A DNA stretch of 63,469 nt, the filler included, from Squatina squatina (Eukaryota): the NCBI GenBank assembly GCA_031763465.1. It is 4 parts of 3 records of this genome, joined end to end, with 100 filler letters (N's around TTAATTAATTAA, not from the genome) between each part and the next. Parts side by side here need not be neighbours in the genome. Positions count along the whole stretch, not along the records: positions 50,238 to 63,469 come from JARFOE010000233.1; 3 more parts are not named here. One strand, written 5' to 3'. The notes beneath the pieces were generated by a model. It was not told where the DNA came from. It searched no databases and saw only the letters and a program-made list of their open reading frames with translations. How positions within the stretch are numbered: the first letter of the stretch is position 1; every line of letters starts with the position of its first letter. The translations under genes and the position numbers were made by a program. This document shows, one piece after another, positions 50,376 through 63,469 of the stretch.

Positions 50376-53300
50376 ATGCAGTTATGCTTTTTTTCCCATA
50401 AGAATGCTATCAGTTATGATCTTCAAGTCCTGGTCTGTAAATTGGGCTTTTAAAATTTGGCAGTCAGCCATCAATACAAAATTTGACTCTCTTCTGCATA
50501 ATCCACAGCTGTCTGAATGAAAATTACAGCATTTATACAAATTAACAGCCAATTTAGGCGATTATGAAGTGTGAAACTAACATTATTACAAGTGAGTTCT
50601 GATTGGCTGACTTTCTGTTCTTTCCACTATCAAATTCTGTCAGGGAAATCACTGTCGGCCTCCGTTGTTATTGACAGGCAGTTAAATCAAGAAAGAAAAT
50701 ATCACATGAAAACCTTTCTGCGTAAAAGAGCAAATGTGCACCAGTTTCAACAGGCTCCAATAAAATTGCGGGTACACATCATTTTTTCTGGTTGACTTTG
50801 TGTAGCCGAAAGAAAACCAGCCAATTGGAACACACCAGTAATAAAATTCCTTTCACACCTCTCGGGCAGCTAAGTAGGCATTTGACTGTTATAAATGAAA
50901 ATTTCTCTAATCCAGCAAAATTTGTGAATACTAGTTCTGTAAATAATGTAGAAAATGTTGATTGGCCCACAAGGATCTGAGTTCATTGAAAAAATATCCC
51001 AGGATGAAAAGATGTCATGTTCTCCCANNNNNNNNNNNNNNNNNNNNNNNNNNNNNNNNNNNNNNNNNNNNNNNNNNNNNNNNNNNNNNNNNNNNNNNNN
51101 NNNNNNNNNNNNNNNNNNNNNNNNNNNTTCTGCTGGGGCACGTTTCTATGGGCACTGGTCACCCTCTGGTACTTTGTTGAAAGTGGCCATTCTTCGTGTG
51201 TAAATCCAGACAGTGAGAGGTCGACAATTCCACTTCTGCGCTCACCAGCCTGTAATGTTCCACTCATAAATTTTAATAGAGGGCGAACTGTGGGGTGGTG
51301 AGTACAGCAATGGAATTTCTACACTAGAGCATTGGTAGTATTGAGTGTATCATCAATACTGACTTTATTAATGTGCAAACTCACACACTCTTCAAGACGT
51401 GTCAATGGATCGTGATCAGGAATGGGAACCCTGACTAAATTTTTGGCTAAGCCCATTAGTAGTGAGTCGTCACTACCTGACCTAATTATTCAGGTGCAGG
51501 TTATGAGCTGCCTTCTTAATCTCCATTGGATTTATTGAGATTTGATTTTGTTTCCTTTTAAAATTGGTTGTTATACACATCCAAATCAAAATAGATGAGG
51601 TTTGAAATAATTCTTTCCAGTTTCCTGTGTAGGGAAGCACAACACAACCACTTCAGACTTTTTAACCTCATTTAAACAGATTCAATATGTCTGCACAATT
51701 GAACCAATCTAAAATAGTTATGCTTCTATGCACATGCAATACATTGGATCATTTCAGTTCCATCTGCTGCGACAGATTATAAACTAAAATATGCAGCTCT
51801 GGAATAAACGCTGAAAAACAAACATCACATCATTTGAATTGACTGTTTAAGCAAACGCAGGGCCTCTGTGAATTGTATAATTTTATGACTTTTTTATTAT
51901 CATTTTCTGCAGCTGTTCCAAACACTAAAGAATGATATAATAAGTGTTACAGTACACAAATGTGCAGAAATACAGGAAACAGAAGTATTTACGCAAAGCC
52001 CTACAGGTTTCTTCTCCCTTTCTTGAAGGCTGATCTGAGCACTATATTTGAACCTCTAAGAATTGCAGAATCAAAAGTAGTTTAGTGGATTCACATACTG
52101 TTCCTTGGATCAAGAGGCCTGTGTTCAACTCCAACAATGGCAACTTGCTTTTCTATGGTGCTCCTCGCATACAGTGACATCTGAAAGTGCTTTACAAGAC
52201 AAAGGGAAGACAGTGGGCATCAAACAGAAGAGAAAGTGAACATTTGGAGCATGTAGGTAAAGGCATGGTTCAAGAGGAGGGCATTGAGAAGCTTTCTGAA
52301 AGTATGAGGACGAAAATAGCAAGACACAGGGATTTTAGAATGAGTTCATGGGGTAGAGTGAATGAAGAACAGAAACAAGAGGTACTTCAGTGTCAGAGGA
52401 GCAAAGGATGCATTCTGCAGTACATGGCTGGAGGTAGATCAGAATGGGGTAAGGCCACGGAGGGATTTTAGAGTAAAAACAAAGACAATTTGCTAAAGCA
52501 TATAAAGCTATTGGAGCGTACAGAGACAGAGTGATGGGAGAGTGAGACTTTTTGCAACAGATTCTAAATGAGTTGTAATTTGTGAAAAGTGGAGGCTTGG
52601 TACAAGAGCATGTAGATCGAGGCTCAAGGTGATAAAGGTTCAGACGTGGATTTTGGCAACAATGGAGAAGAACTGGGCAATTTTGTGATGCTGGCAACAT
52701 CATCAGCACAAGCAGTTGAAGGAGAAGGCATACTACCACCTTTTTAGGGAACTACGGATGTGTAATAAATGTCATTTCACTAGCGTTGCCCACATCCTGA
52801 GAACAAATAATATAAATTATAAGTTAACCAGCAATTCATAGACATATACAGCAAATTACTTGGTTGTTCAAGCAATTTCACCTCCAATGCAATCTTCTTC
52901 TTCTTCTTCATGACAACACATGACAACAACATGAAAGGGTTGTCTGATTTCATAGTGGCGGGATTCCTAAAGGCCAGAGTGAGTTCGAGACTGCANNNNN
53001 NNNNNNNNNNNNNNNNNNNNNNNNNNNNNNNNNNNNNNNNNNNNNNNNNNNNNNNNNNNNNNNNNNNNNNNNNNNNNNNNNNNNNNNNNNNNNNNCTGAT
53101 GAACATACCCTATAGAGTGTATCTGTGATTGTAGGCTAAGGGCTGGATTCGGCTGACTTGTGATTTTCCCTGATGTTGCTCACTGTCATGGGTCACTGTG
53201 CTGGATGGCCACTTAGATGATGTACCACAGGATGGGCTTAGCCTTTGGACAATACTCAGGAGGTGACAAGAGCAAATTGGATGAAAAAATAATGATGCAG

Positions 53301-56300
53301 AGCTGGGAATAAGTGAACAGGCAGAAATTCCTTTGTGTTTACTATAAATGATATTATACGCCATGAAAGCAAAGCTAAAATAGTTTGTTCGCATCACCTG
53401 ACCTCTCAGCAGCAACTTGTTCTCAGCTATTTTTTTATAATATATTGACTGCAAAACCATATGTTCTTTATAGGAGTTACTGTTAGCTGACTAGCAATTG
53501 AGGGCCAGAGCATGTATTAGTCTATTCTGGCTTGACGATCTGTGTTTGCTGATAATGAACCAACATGCTCTTTTTTATTGAAGTATGGGGATTGGTCTTT
53601 TCAGGGCAATCATTTTTATATATAAAAGAGATGGTTAAATGCAAAAAATGTATTTAAAGTGTGTTTCTGGCTGTGAGTAGCTATTAGTCCTTATGGCATA
53701 GGTTCAATCAGATTCCTGGAGGTGGTGTGCAGCTCCCTATGAAGTCAGTGTCAGCCTTTGGTGGCTATGGGATATTTTTGACCTGAAGAACATATAACAA
53801 CATGTTGTTTTTCTAGGTTACTGGAGGCTAGCACACAGTAGATAATTACTTCCAGTGCTCTNNNNNNNNNNATCAGAAAGAGATGGGCCCACATTGTTTT
53901 CATCAAAATGCCTGAAGCTCTGCTTGTATTAGCTTTGCCTGTATGTCACCTCAGTTTATTAGAATTGGATGTAAAATTGTTGTATTATGCCACAGCTTTG
54001 GGGAAGGGAACTGTAATCTTATTATATATTATTACTAATTATTTTTATATGCCTTCTTTGTTTAGAGAAATAAAATGACCTCATTGTTTAAATGTATCTT
54101 ATTTTATTCATGAGGGGGAAATCAAATTAAAGACCAACCAATTTATTTTACAAAACAGTTTCTTTTTCAGTACTCTGAGCTGGAGAAAAGGTCTCTCTCT
54201 GCTAAGCAGGTGACTGTTTTTGCTGTCTGTGCTTCAGTGGCAGGAGGTATTAAATTAAGATTGATGTTTTCTTATTCTGTTAGTAAGGTCACTATGTCAT
54301 TTCCTGTATCCTGTTTGCTGGGGCTTTGAGCAGACAAACAGCACTGTGTTTGGCATGGTGCTTGCTGATGAAACTGTACTGACAGTAAGTAGGGTCAATT
54401 GCATTTTTTTTTAAAAGGGTGAAGTTGTGAAGTTGTACTGTACATCACACTGCTCAATTTCTGTAGGGGCTCTAGTAATCCTCCTTATAATACCACAGCT
54501 CTAAGTTTAAAGTTAAGGATCTCAAACTCCTGCCCCCCAGGTTAATTGACACTTTGGGGATAAAAAACTTGATGCCCAAATGGGGCTGGTAGTACATTAT
54601 CTCTGGATAGCTCAAAATATAAATCCTGTGAAGATAGCATTCAATTTAGATAATTCCGATTCAAACTGAACAGTCTCTTGTGAGGATGTAGTAAAGGTAG
54701 GGTAAAAAACTCAATTGTGTGACTGACTGAAGTGTTAGCAGATGCTGTGAAAATACATACGAACATGCCATTTGCTTTCTTTATTCAGATACTCCTTTAT
54801 TCTTTCGACCCATGATCCTAACCCCACCTGACATACATACATCCAAGCACAATGACTGCTTCCCCCCAAACAAAACAGAAAAAAACTGTTCCATAGAATA
54901 GCATATGAAAAGGAATACCTTAAGACTAGCATTATAGTATTGCTATCTTTGGCAGACTGAAGGGAAAAAAATGATTTGTGGACTTTATACTATCCACAGC
55001 CATCAAGANNNNNNNNNNNNNNNNNNNNNNNNNNNNNNNNNNNNNNNNNNNNNNNNNNNNNNNNNNNNNNNNNNNNNNNNNNNNNNNNNNNNNNNNNNNN
55101 NNNNNNNNCACGTAAGGGTGAAGTATTCTAATAAAATGAAAACATTTACCACAATAAAATAGTTTGTTCTTTTTGCAGTGCCAACAATATTGCTGTAAGT
55201 TAATGACTCTGAAATGTGGCTTTATAAAGTTTTTTTCCCTCTTTCTGTGGATTTACAGTTCAAAAGACTGCATAAATAAATGATGTAAAGGGGCTGTCAG
55301 GTCCAACATGCATACCAAGTACCTCAGTCGGGTTCAGAACACGTAGCCGGTACTTTAAACAATCCGGAGAATATTGCAAACTGAGATACTCAACATCTCC
55401 ATCTCAGTGTGTTGTCACAGTGTAGAGAGTGATTATAATTGGTAATCAGCTTCAATGCTGGTAATTTCAACTGCACGATGCATTTTTATCCATGCTTATG
55501 TCAAACTCAATTAACATTCTAACACAGCGCCTGCTAAAGTATTACAGGAGGCTCTGAGCTAATCGACAAGTGCTGTGAATTTATTCTTAGTTATTTAAAG
55601 CTGTGTTCATATTTTACAGTCTATACCATTGGCACAATCTCGTTTATCAAAACAATCAAAATAATATGCCATTGCGCCTTAAATGAAAAACACTCAAACA
55701 AGTCGCTACAGCTCTCTTTTTTAAAAAGAAATTCTGTATTCAAGACACACAGACTAGTCACTGGGTTGGAATTTCTTGTTATTCATTGCACGCTTCGCTA
55801 TTGTTTGGTGAAGTGAGAGATGTACTGCTGTGAAATTACATCAGATGTGTCAGATGCAATTGAAATTTGAGGAGAAAAAATACATTACTGGCATTACTGC
55901 ACTTTATGTTACTTGGACCCTGGATTTGCTCTATTTGTGTAACACACAAAATAAATAAATGCAAAGTACAATATAAAAAAAATTGAGGTGAACTCGCCCT
56001 CCTGTCGATAGATAAGAAGGATGCAGTAGTCTTTTCTCCCCATCAACCAAGCTTCCCAGTAAATCTGTTTATTATTCCTTTTCTTATCTTTGTCTACTGA
56101 TATCAGGAAACTGTAACAGCAAAATCTCGTTGCACTGAATTGCTCTATTATTTCATACTCCTACCATAAAATAAGCATATTGACACCCTGCAAGGGTCAA
56201 CTGGAGGATATTTTATAAGTGGGTACATAATGAAGCTGTTGTCATATTGTGCGCCCGTAAATAATCCATTAAGCTAACCACCCTTTGTTTTAAACAAACA

Positions 56301-58165
56301 TGAACAGATGTTGCTTTAAATTGAAACTGTGCAGTAGTCAGAATTACAGTATTTGTGTTTTTCTGACAAGGTCTATTTTGAGCAGATGCAAATTTGGGTG
56401 CATTTATCAGTACAAAAATGTCGCTTGGAGCAGTAAATTTCCTTTCTGGTTTCCAAACCCTGCATATAGTTCTTATAATATTGTGTCATATTTTCTTCTG
56501 GCCTTTGTGTTTGACAAAAACATAGACAGCAGCAATTTATGCCTCTACAGTACTCCTCACATACAAAAAGACATTGTACAGGGCAGAGAAAAATATGAGT
56601 GGACGCTGAGCAGGAGGGGAAAAAAGGATAATGGAAAGGCAGGTGAAGCAGTGGTTGTAAAGAAGGGTTATTGAAAGCCCTTTGAAAGCAGGGTGTGAGA
56701 AAACAAGGGAGCAGGACTGATAAATGTGGCAAAAGACTTTCCATGTGTTTCTACCCCAACTCGGCCACTTGCTTCAAACCCAAACTGCATGAAAGAAAAT
56801 CCGTAGGAGAAAAATTAAAGCCTTAAATAAAATTTGAGGGAATTTCTACGTAATTCCCCATAGGCTTAAGAATCCATCTTAAATCTGCTTAGAATTCAAC
56901 ACTAATTGAGCACTCCAATAACTAATTAAACGGTTCTCAAAGCACTTGGAATTTAGTAACTTACCATGATTATAGCGTTCATTTCACCATATACCATTTC
57001 TGCCAAACAGGTGAGAAGTGCCAATGCTAAAATTTATCATTTANNNNNNNNNNATCGGTCTCCTCCTTGGATCGAATACTACCCCTAATTTCCCTTGTTA
57101 GCCACGGTTGAGCCACCCTTCCTGTTTTATTTTTGTGCCAGACAGGAAAGTTTTTCCAGCTGAGTTTTTCCAGCATTTTTTGTTTATATTCTAGATTCTA
57201 GCATCCACAGTATTTTGCTTTTATATTATAGGGTTTGGTTCAATGGAAAGTGCTTTTGGTTTTGCATTGAGTGAACTGCGCAATGCATTTCAGTGTGAAG
57301 GTCTGTAAGTTACAAAGAAAAGTTCAATATATATCTTGCTTAGCATGTTAAATGACAGCCAGTTCCTGTGTCACAACAGCAAATGCAGGTATAAGTGCTT
57401 TCCTCAGTGTCACCAAGGAACCCCCTTCCCACTGTTTCCATTCTCCAAGGATACCCCTACCAGTGCGCCCGCTAGCACCATACCAGTTCTCCCACAAATC
57501 AAGGTATACCTAGTCCTACTTCCCAAGGTTCAAACATTAAATGACTGTAAAACTATATTAAAAAAAGTTCCAAAACTAAGCCAGACCTTTTTTTGAGTTG
57601 CATTAAAGGCATACTTATCTTTGTTACTTGGAACTATTGTGAATAGGTAAATGTATGACATAATTGGAAGGACAGCATGATCATTGACTAGCAGTCAGTC
57701 TGCTGCACTTGCAATTAATGATGTGAGAATATAGCTTTAAAATGATTGGATTCGATCATTACTATTTGCATCAATTAACACTGGTAGAAATCAGGAATTG
57801 TCCCCAACATTTTTAGATTTGAGTGATCATTACACATATATTTTGAACTTCATAATGTAATGCAAGAGCCATACTATTATTGCAAAATAGGCTTTTAATG
57901 TGAAAGCCAATCTAAAGATGTGGGAGCAGTTTAGATAAAACCAGAGTTCAGAGAAAAATATTCGACATGTGTTGGGGGTGTTGGAAGAAAGGAAAATGCT
58001 GATGAAGTTGCGGTTCAGTTTTCTCCACACAAATTAACATGAACAATACAATATTAAATATCACACAAAGTCAGGATCTACCCAGAATATGTCTGAGGAT
58101 GTCACAGGGTAAGGGCAATTTAAGGCGACGTTTCTTTGCGCTGGGTTGTAGAAAAATGATGTCAC

Positions 58166-58284
58166 CTCTTCCGTTGCTGTCCCCTGTACTGAGGAAGCCG
58201 AGCGCAGCCAGACGGTAGTTGACACCCACGACGATGACCTCCCCGCTGTGGGCCAGCTCGTTACCGTCGTACAAAGAGCTGTTT
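58166..58284 (-). CDS. Type-B carboxylesterase/lipase family exon (CEL-like; 5' part in gap)
   Basis: NSSLYDGNELAHSGEVIVVGVNYRLAALGFLSTGDSNGRG|GTGACA fits the family motif YDG..LA..G.VIVV..NYR...LGFLSTGD. Confidence 0.85.
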
Positions 58285-59264
58285 NNNNNNNNNNNNNNNN
58301 NNNNNNNNNNNNNNNNNNNNNNNNNNNNNNNNNNNNNNNNNNNNNNNNNNNNNNNNNNNNNNNNNNNNNNNNNNNNNNNNNNNNGGAACTTGCACATTTT
58401 GTTAACTGCCAAAAATAATTTTTCACATTCAGGCTTTTAGATGAACAGCAATTTTCTTCCTGTTTTCCTTATTAATTTCTACAGCTGGTTATTATTGTCT
58501 GTGTCTGTAGTAAAGAATGATCCTTAGAGACACGGCTTGCATTTCTTTATTTCCATCAAAACTGCTGCACTGCAAGTCTCTTTATTACTCAATAGCTGTT
58601 TTTCCCCTTTGAATTATTGCCCATGTCTGAAGTTCTCTCATATGCAGACATTGGATTGGGCTTTAAGGAAGTAGGTTCATTGTAGAGACAGCAAGAACTT
58701 GTGACCATTCCTGTCAGTACACTAGTGCAGGGTACAGGCTCTGTTGGTGTTTGGTGCCATTACAGACTGAAAGGTCCCAATCATGTCTTGAAGCCCTGTG
58801 AAAGTCTTTTGTTCAGGGTAACCCTCAGAAAATCTCCTGTAGCAGTGGTAGCTGCCACTGTCCGTAAAAGGCCCTTGTTGCTGCAGAAATCTCATGATTT
58901 GTCACTTGCTCCAGGGTTTTCTGCAAATCATCAGAAAATTGCTGCAATGTGTTACAGATGCATGTAATGAACCCCTCCCACTTCTCCATCATCTCAATCA
59001 CATGCATGGAAAAAGTTGCACTGTCTACTCATAAGATCTATGCTCTCGAATCATCGTTCTTTCGAAGACTGGGCCCTTGAGATCTGGGTCCATAGACTCC
59101 CCAACAAAGGGCAGTCATTTATCCACCTGCCATGGAGCAATGGACCTCTCCACTTATTTTACTCCCAGGTCCTCATTCTCACTAGTGCTCAGTGACATTC
59201 GGACTTACTGTATACATCCTTCCAAGTAGATAGTTCTGTGCTGATGCTTGCACAGTAAGATGCC

Positions 59265-59410
59265 ACCCACTCTAACCTGCCATCCTCTGAACTTGCAGCA
59301 CTCCGCTCTCTTAGATCCAACCCCAACATTGTAATAAAACCTGCTGACAAGGGTGGTGCTGTTGTTGTTTGGCGCACCGATCTCTACCTTGCGGAGGCCA
59401 AACGCCAACT
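59265..59410 (+). mobile_element. Penelope-like retroelement ORF fragment
   Basis: SNLPSSELAALRSLRSNPNIVIKPADKGGAVVVWRTDLYLAEAKRQL contains the ADKG motif that precedes the Penelope RT. Confidence 0.85.
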
Positions 59411-60099
59411 NNNNNNNNNNNNNNNNNNNNNNNNNNNNNNNNNNNNNNNNNNNNNNNNNNNNNNNNNNNNNNNNNNNNNNNNNNNNNNNNNNNNNNNNNN
59501 NNNNNNNNNNCTCTCACACAGCCCACTGACACATTTGAATTACACAGCTACAAAGTGCTGTAAAGCAACATACTAAGTCTCTAGGCTGCAATTGAAATGA
59601 ATGGTATTGCAATAATGAAGATATAATGACATTACCTACAACAGGGTCATATTTATCTGTGGTCGTTATGGTGAGTCTCAGCCATATCCTCTTGGGAATG
59701 GGTGAGTTTAATTAAGGGCCTTTTCTTTAGAAACACTCGCCAGCTGCTTACTCTGTCAGAGATATTTATGCAAAGAAATATATTTCCTACAGAGATAATC
59801 TATAGTTAATATGCCATTATTAGATAAAATGAAATACATATGTTTTTTTTCCCTTCTGACACTGGTACATTGAAATTAAGAATGAATAAACCATGCTTGC
59901 TTTGCTATTAGATTGCTATAAAACAACCAAATGTTTAATTCATCTGAATAAATGTTTCTGAAATCAAATTTATAGCATGCGTTTAATTAAATAAAACTTT
60001 CCTCCACTAAACATTTAATAATGTAATTACAATTGTATTCTAATTTCTTTAAATGTTCACGAGCAAGTATGTCAGTATTTATTTATCTAATTTTTATTC

Positions 60100-60385
60100 A
60101 TGGAATCATAGAATGAATCAGCACAGAATGAGGCCATTCGGCCCATCGTGCCTGTGCCGATTCCTTGAAAGAGCTCTCCAATTAGTCCCTCGCTTTTTCC
60201 CCATAGCCTTGCAAATGTTTCCCCTTCAATTATTTATTCACTTCCCTTTTGAAAGTTATTATTAAATTGGCTTCCACCAACATTTTCAGCAGTGCACTCC
60301 ACATCATAACAACTTGCTGCTACATTTTATTTTCCTCATGTCACCTCTGGCTCTTCTGACAATTACTTTCAATCTGTAATCTCTG
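60100..60385 (-). mobile_element. CR1 LINE 3' end, degenerate
   Basis: GAATCATAGAATG...GGCCATTCGGCCCATCGTGCCTGTGCC; similar to the copies near 33241 and 40695. Confidence 0.75.
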
Positions 60386-61829
60386 GTTAAATTAAATGGT
60401 TAATTTGGGAAATTTATTTTTTATTAAAACCATAAATAATAAATAACTATTTGTATCACTCACGATGAAAATTCATTGCTTAATATTATTTCTGAAAAAG
60501 GTGAAATGTTAATTATATTGACAGATCAAAATGATAGAATCTGGTCTAACTTCATTTCGTTGGAGTTGCATGTCATCTGATAAAAAATATAGGCCCATAA
60601 ATTCAACCATGCAGTGCCAGTTATTTTGGCGCTAACCAGGCTACTAAAGACCCAATTTGGCAAGCAGGAAGAACATGCACAGTTCCAGCCAGAAGTGCGC
60701 TGCCCGCCNNNNNNNNNNNNNNNNNNNNNNNNNNNNNNNNNNNNNNNNNNNNNNNNNNNNNNNNNNNNNNNNNNNNNNNNNNNNNNNNNNNNNNNNNNNN
60801 NNNNNNNNAGTTACTGACTTAAGTACTTTGCTACTTCACTGCTGGTGGTGGTGGTGTACCATCAAGTCCCCCCGCTCCACTAAAGGGGTGGTCTCGTAAC
60901 AGGCACAGCTACCTGGTAATGACAGTAGAGATGGGTCTAAGGAGGCTGAGATGGCACACGGAGGCTGTGACAGAGCAGGAATGTGAGCAGGTGGGTGCAG
61001 CATTTGGGGGAGGACGTCTGATGAAGGGTCCATACCCAAATCATCTTGTCAGTTCTCTCCACCATTTTCAGATTCAGATTACTAACGTCTGTGGTATTTT
61101 GCTTTCTGTTCATTTGGAGGAGGGACCTGGCCTACGAATACAGTGCATGGGCAGGTCACCCAGAACACTGACAGACTGCACCAGAAGTGGATGGTTTGCA
61201 TGTATGGCTGTGAGTACATGAAAGTCCCCCTGCCCAGGATAAGCTGCACCTTTCCTGTCCTCTCTCTCTCCATTGTAAACGTGTGCAGGGAAGTAAGTGT
61301 TATAATAACATTTTCTCTTCCAATATGTCTGACTAACATTCCCTTCTGATTTACTCTATCTACTTCAATGTTATTAAGTATTCGGTTCAATGGAAATCCC
61401 AAGCCACTGTTTGCTGAACACATGCTTCGCGAGGTATCCTATGTGCTGGAGCCATCCGACTGCTTTCAAGCATTGAGCAGCTTTCAAAGCACAAAGCAGC
61501 GTATCGATTTCCTCCAGCAAATAAAAGCTGCACTAAAGTCTTCAGATCTGTACACATTAAATTTAATGAGGTCCTAATTAATCCTTATTCTTGGAGGGCA
61601 ACAGAAACATTTTCAGCCAATACAAATATCAAGTGCATTGTTCTACTTGGATCTTTATGTGTTTACTGATTTCCACACAATAATGTCTACTTTATCCCCT
61701 GCTGTAATTTTAAAATGGAAAATCTAGGGAATTTGCTCAGCTTCTGGTTTTCCCAGAAACCAGACTGGTCTTAAATGTTCCAATATATGATGAAAAAATG
61801 CATAGCAACAAAATCCCCTGGACCCAAGT

Positions 61830-62230
61830 GGCACAAAGCCACTTATGTGAGTTGATGGCGCCCTGCCCCTATGGGATGCCAGTCAGGGATGCAATCTTGA
61901 GCACCCGCTCATTCTGACTGGTGTCGTCACAGGCGAAGTTAACATAATTGCCGGCCCTGGCAAACAACCCATCAGTCACCTGCCTTATGCATTTGTGGGC
62001 TGCCGACAAGGAGATGTCTCTGGGAGAGTCCTGGAAGGATCTGAAGGCAAAAATGTTGAGGGTGGTGGCCACTGGTAACATGTGGCCAGCAGGTCCAGCA
62101 GGAGGCAGGTCTTCTTCTAGGAAGCTGCAGATGTCTGCCACCATCTGACGCAACAACCTGAACCTCCTGAGCACTGCTGTTTAGACATGTTAAGGAAACT
62201 CAGCTTCTGCCTGTACACCCAGTACTGCCT
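61830..62230 (-). mobile_element. Harbinger transposase (HARBI1-like) N-terminal remnant
   Basis: LRRFRLLRQMVADICSFLEEDLPPAGPAGHMLPVATTLNIFAFRSFQ...ISLSAAHKCIRQVTDGLFARAGNYVNF...IASLTGIP. Confidence 0.85.
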
Positions 62231-63469
62231 CCTGTGAGCTGCTGCCCTCTCTGCTGTTCATCTACAGGTCTCTCAACAGCAGGCTGCTGGTACTGGTGTT
62301 GCTGGTGCTGCCACTGGTCATATTGGTCCTCATCCGAGGTCCAATCTAAGGCAGCCAAAGCACCACCCATCCTGATGTGATTCAGAAAGCCTCCAAAGTG
62401 TAGAAAGTAACCTCACAGCAAACGTACTGTGAACAAACCCTTTCCTGCCAGCAGGTAAGAAAGTAGCTGTGAGTACTGAGCATTTATTGCAGTATTTTCA
62501 CGAGATTGATTCAGCCCCCTCGCTTGCCGTTGTGTTCTCGCCGTGCTTCCACTGGCAATTTTCAAGGAGTCCGGGAAACCCGTGGATGTGCTGCTAAATT
62601 TAAAATTCAGTTGAAATATCGCTCCAATTGGGCAATTAGCATATGTTAATAGGCAACCCGCCTCTTCCGAGGGGGCACAAGAAGCATAATCCGCTCCGGT
62701 TAAACCTGGAAGTTNNNNNNNNNNNNNNNNNNNNNNNNNNNNNNNNNNNNNNNNNNNNNNNNNNNNNNNNNNNNNNNNNNNNNNNNNNNNNNNNNNNNNN
62801 NNNNNNNNNNNNNNTTCAAAAGTCTTGTCAAACATGGATTTAAAAACCCCGGACACTTTGGGGGAAAAGTAATCTCTGACCCCCCCCCACCCCCCCACCT
62901 CATGCCGATCAAAATTAGTCCAGGAGATTATTCTGGGCCTGATAATTCTATGCAGTAATTTTATACAGCTTGGAATTGTTAGTATATAAACTGCTTTGAG
63001 AAGCACCACAAAGGATATAGCGTGCTGGAAAATTAAAATCATTACGGTGAAGAATAAATACTCAAGCGATTTGTTCTATAGTATTCCTATAAAAAAGGAG
63101 GTGCCACTCTATTAGCTGCTGTATAGCAGCCGTCCACCTACTGAATGCAAGCAGCAGTGATAAATGATTACAAGCTATTAGCTGTGTTCAGTTGCAAGAT
63201 TCTCTGCAAATTAATTACTCGGCCCTTGATCGCTATGGTGATGTTTGCACACCTTGTCATCCTTTCACTGAGGCTGGAAAAATTAGCAACCCAGAGCACC
63301 CACAGTATTGTAACTGGCTCCACAAAGCAGCTGTCCCTGAAAGACAGCAAGAGTATCACCTGCCTTGCTGATCCAGCCCAGAGTAAACAATAATGCCTAA
63401 TACACTTCATTACACTTTGTGTACCAGACAGGCACAATATTCAGAATGCACACACATATTTCAAAGGGT

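Overview
This is eukaryotic (vertebrate) draft genomic DNA, very probably from a cartilaginous fish, judging by shark-type CR1/L2 LINE tails, a Deu-domain SINE, and Penelope-like and Harbinger remnants. Three artificial 100-nt spacers (N44-TTAATTAATTAA-N44) join four unrelated scaffolds: 1-12435, 12536-29850, 29951-50137 and 50238-63469. Each scaffold is built from short contigs separated mostly by 100-N gaps, so many exons are missing and distances are compressed. Scaffold 1 is non-coding and repetitive, with a Harbinger remnant. Scaffold 2 carries TUT7/ZCCHC6 on the minus strand (12 confident coding exons plus a candidate last exon). Scaffold 3 is the main finding and looks like the equivalent of the human 5q31 TH2 cytokine locus. 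In order it holds an Ig-domain exon, the tandem mutually exclusive exons of P4HA2, and a complete four-exon, all-phase-0, 153-aa secreted short-chain four-helix cytokine gene (minus strand, 38364-40044) that the ORF track misses. That gene sits at the IL5 position, divergent from RAD50, and has a TATA box and a CLE0-like element. It is followed by an HS3ST4-like exon, four RAD50 exons and an AU-rich-element-dense 3'UTR-like tract at the IL13/IL4 position. Scaffold 4 holds a perfect hairpin with 38-bp arms, one carboxylesterase exon and transposon remnants. Family assignments come from manual translation and recalled family motifs; no database searches were run.
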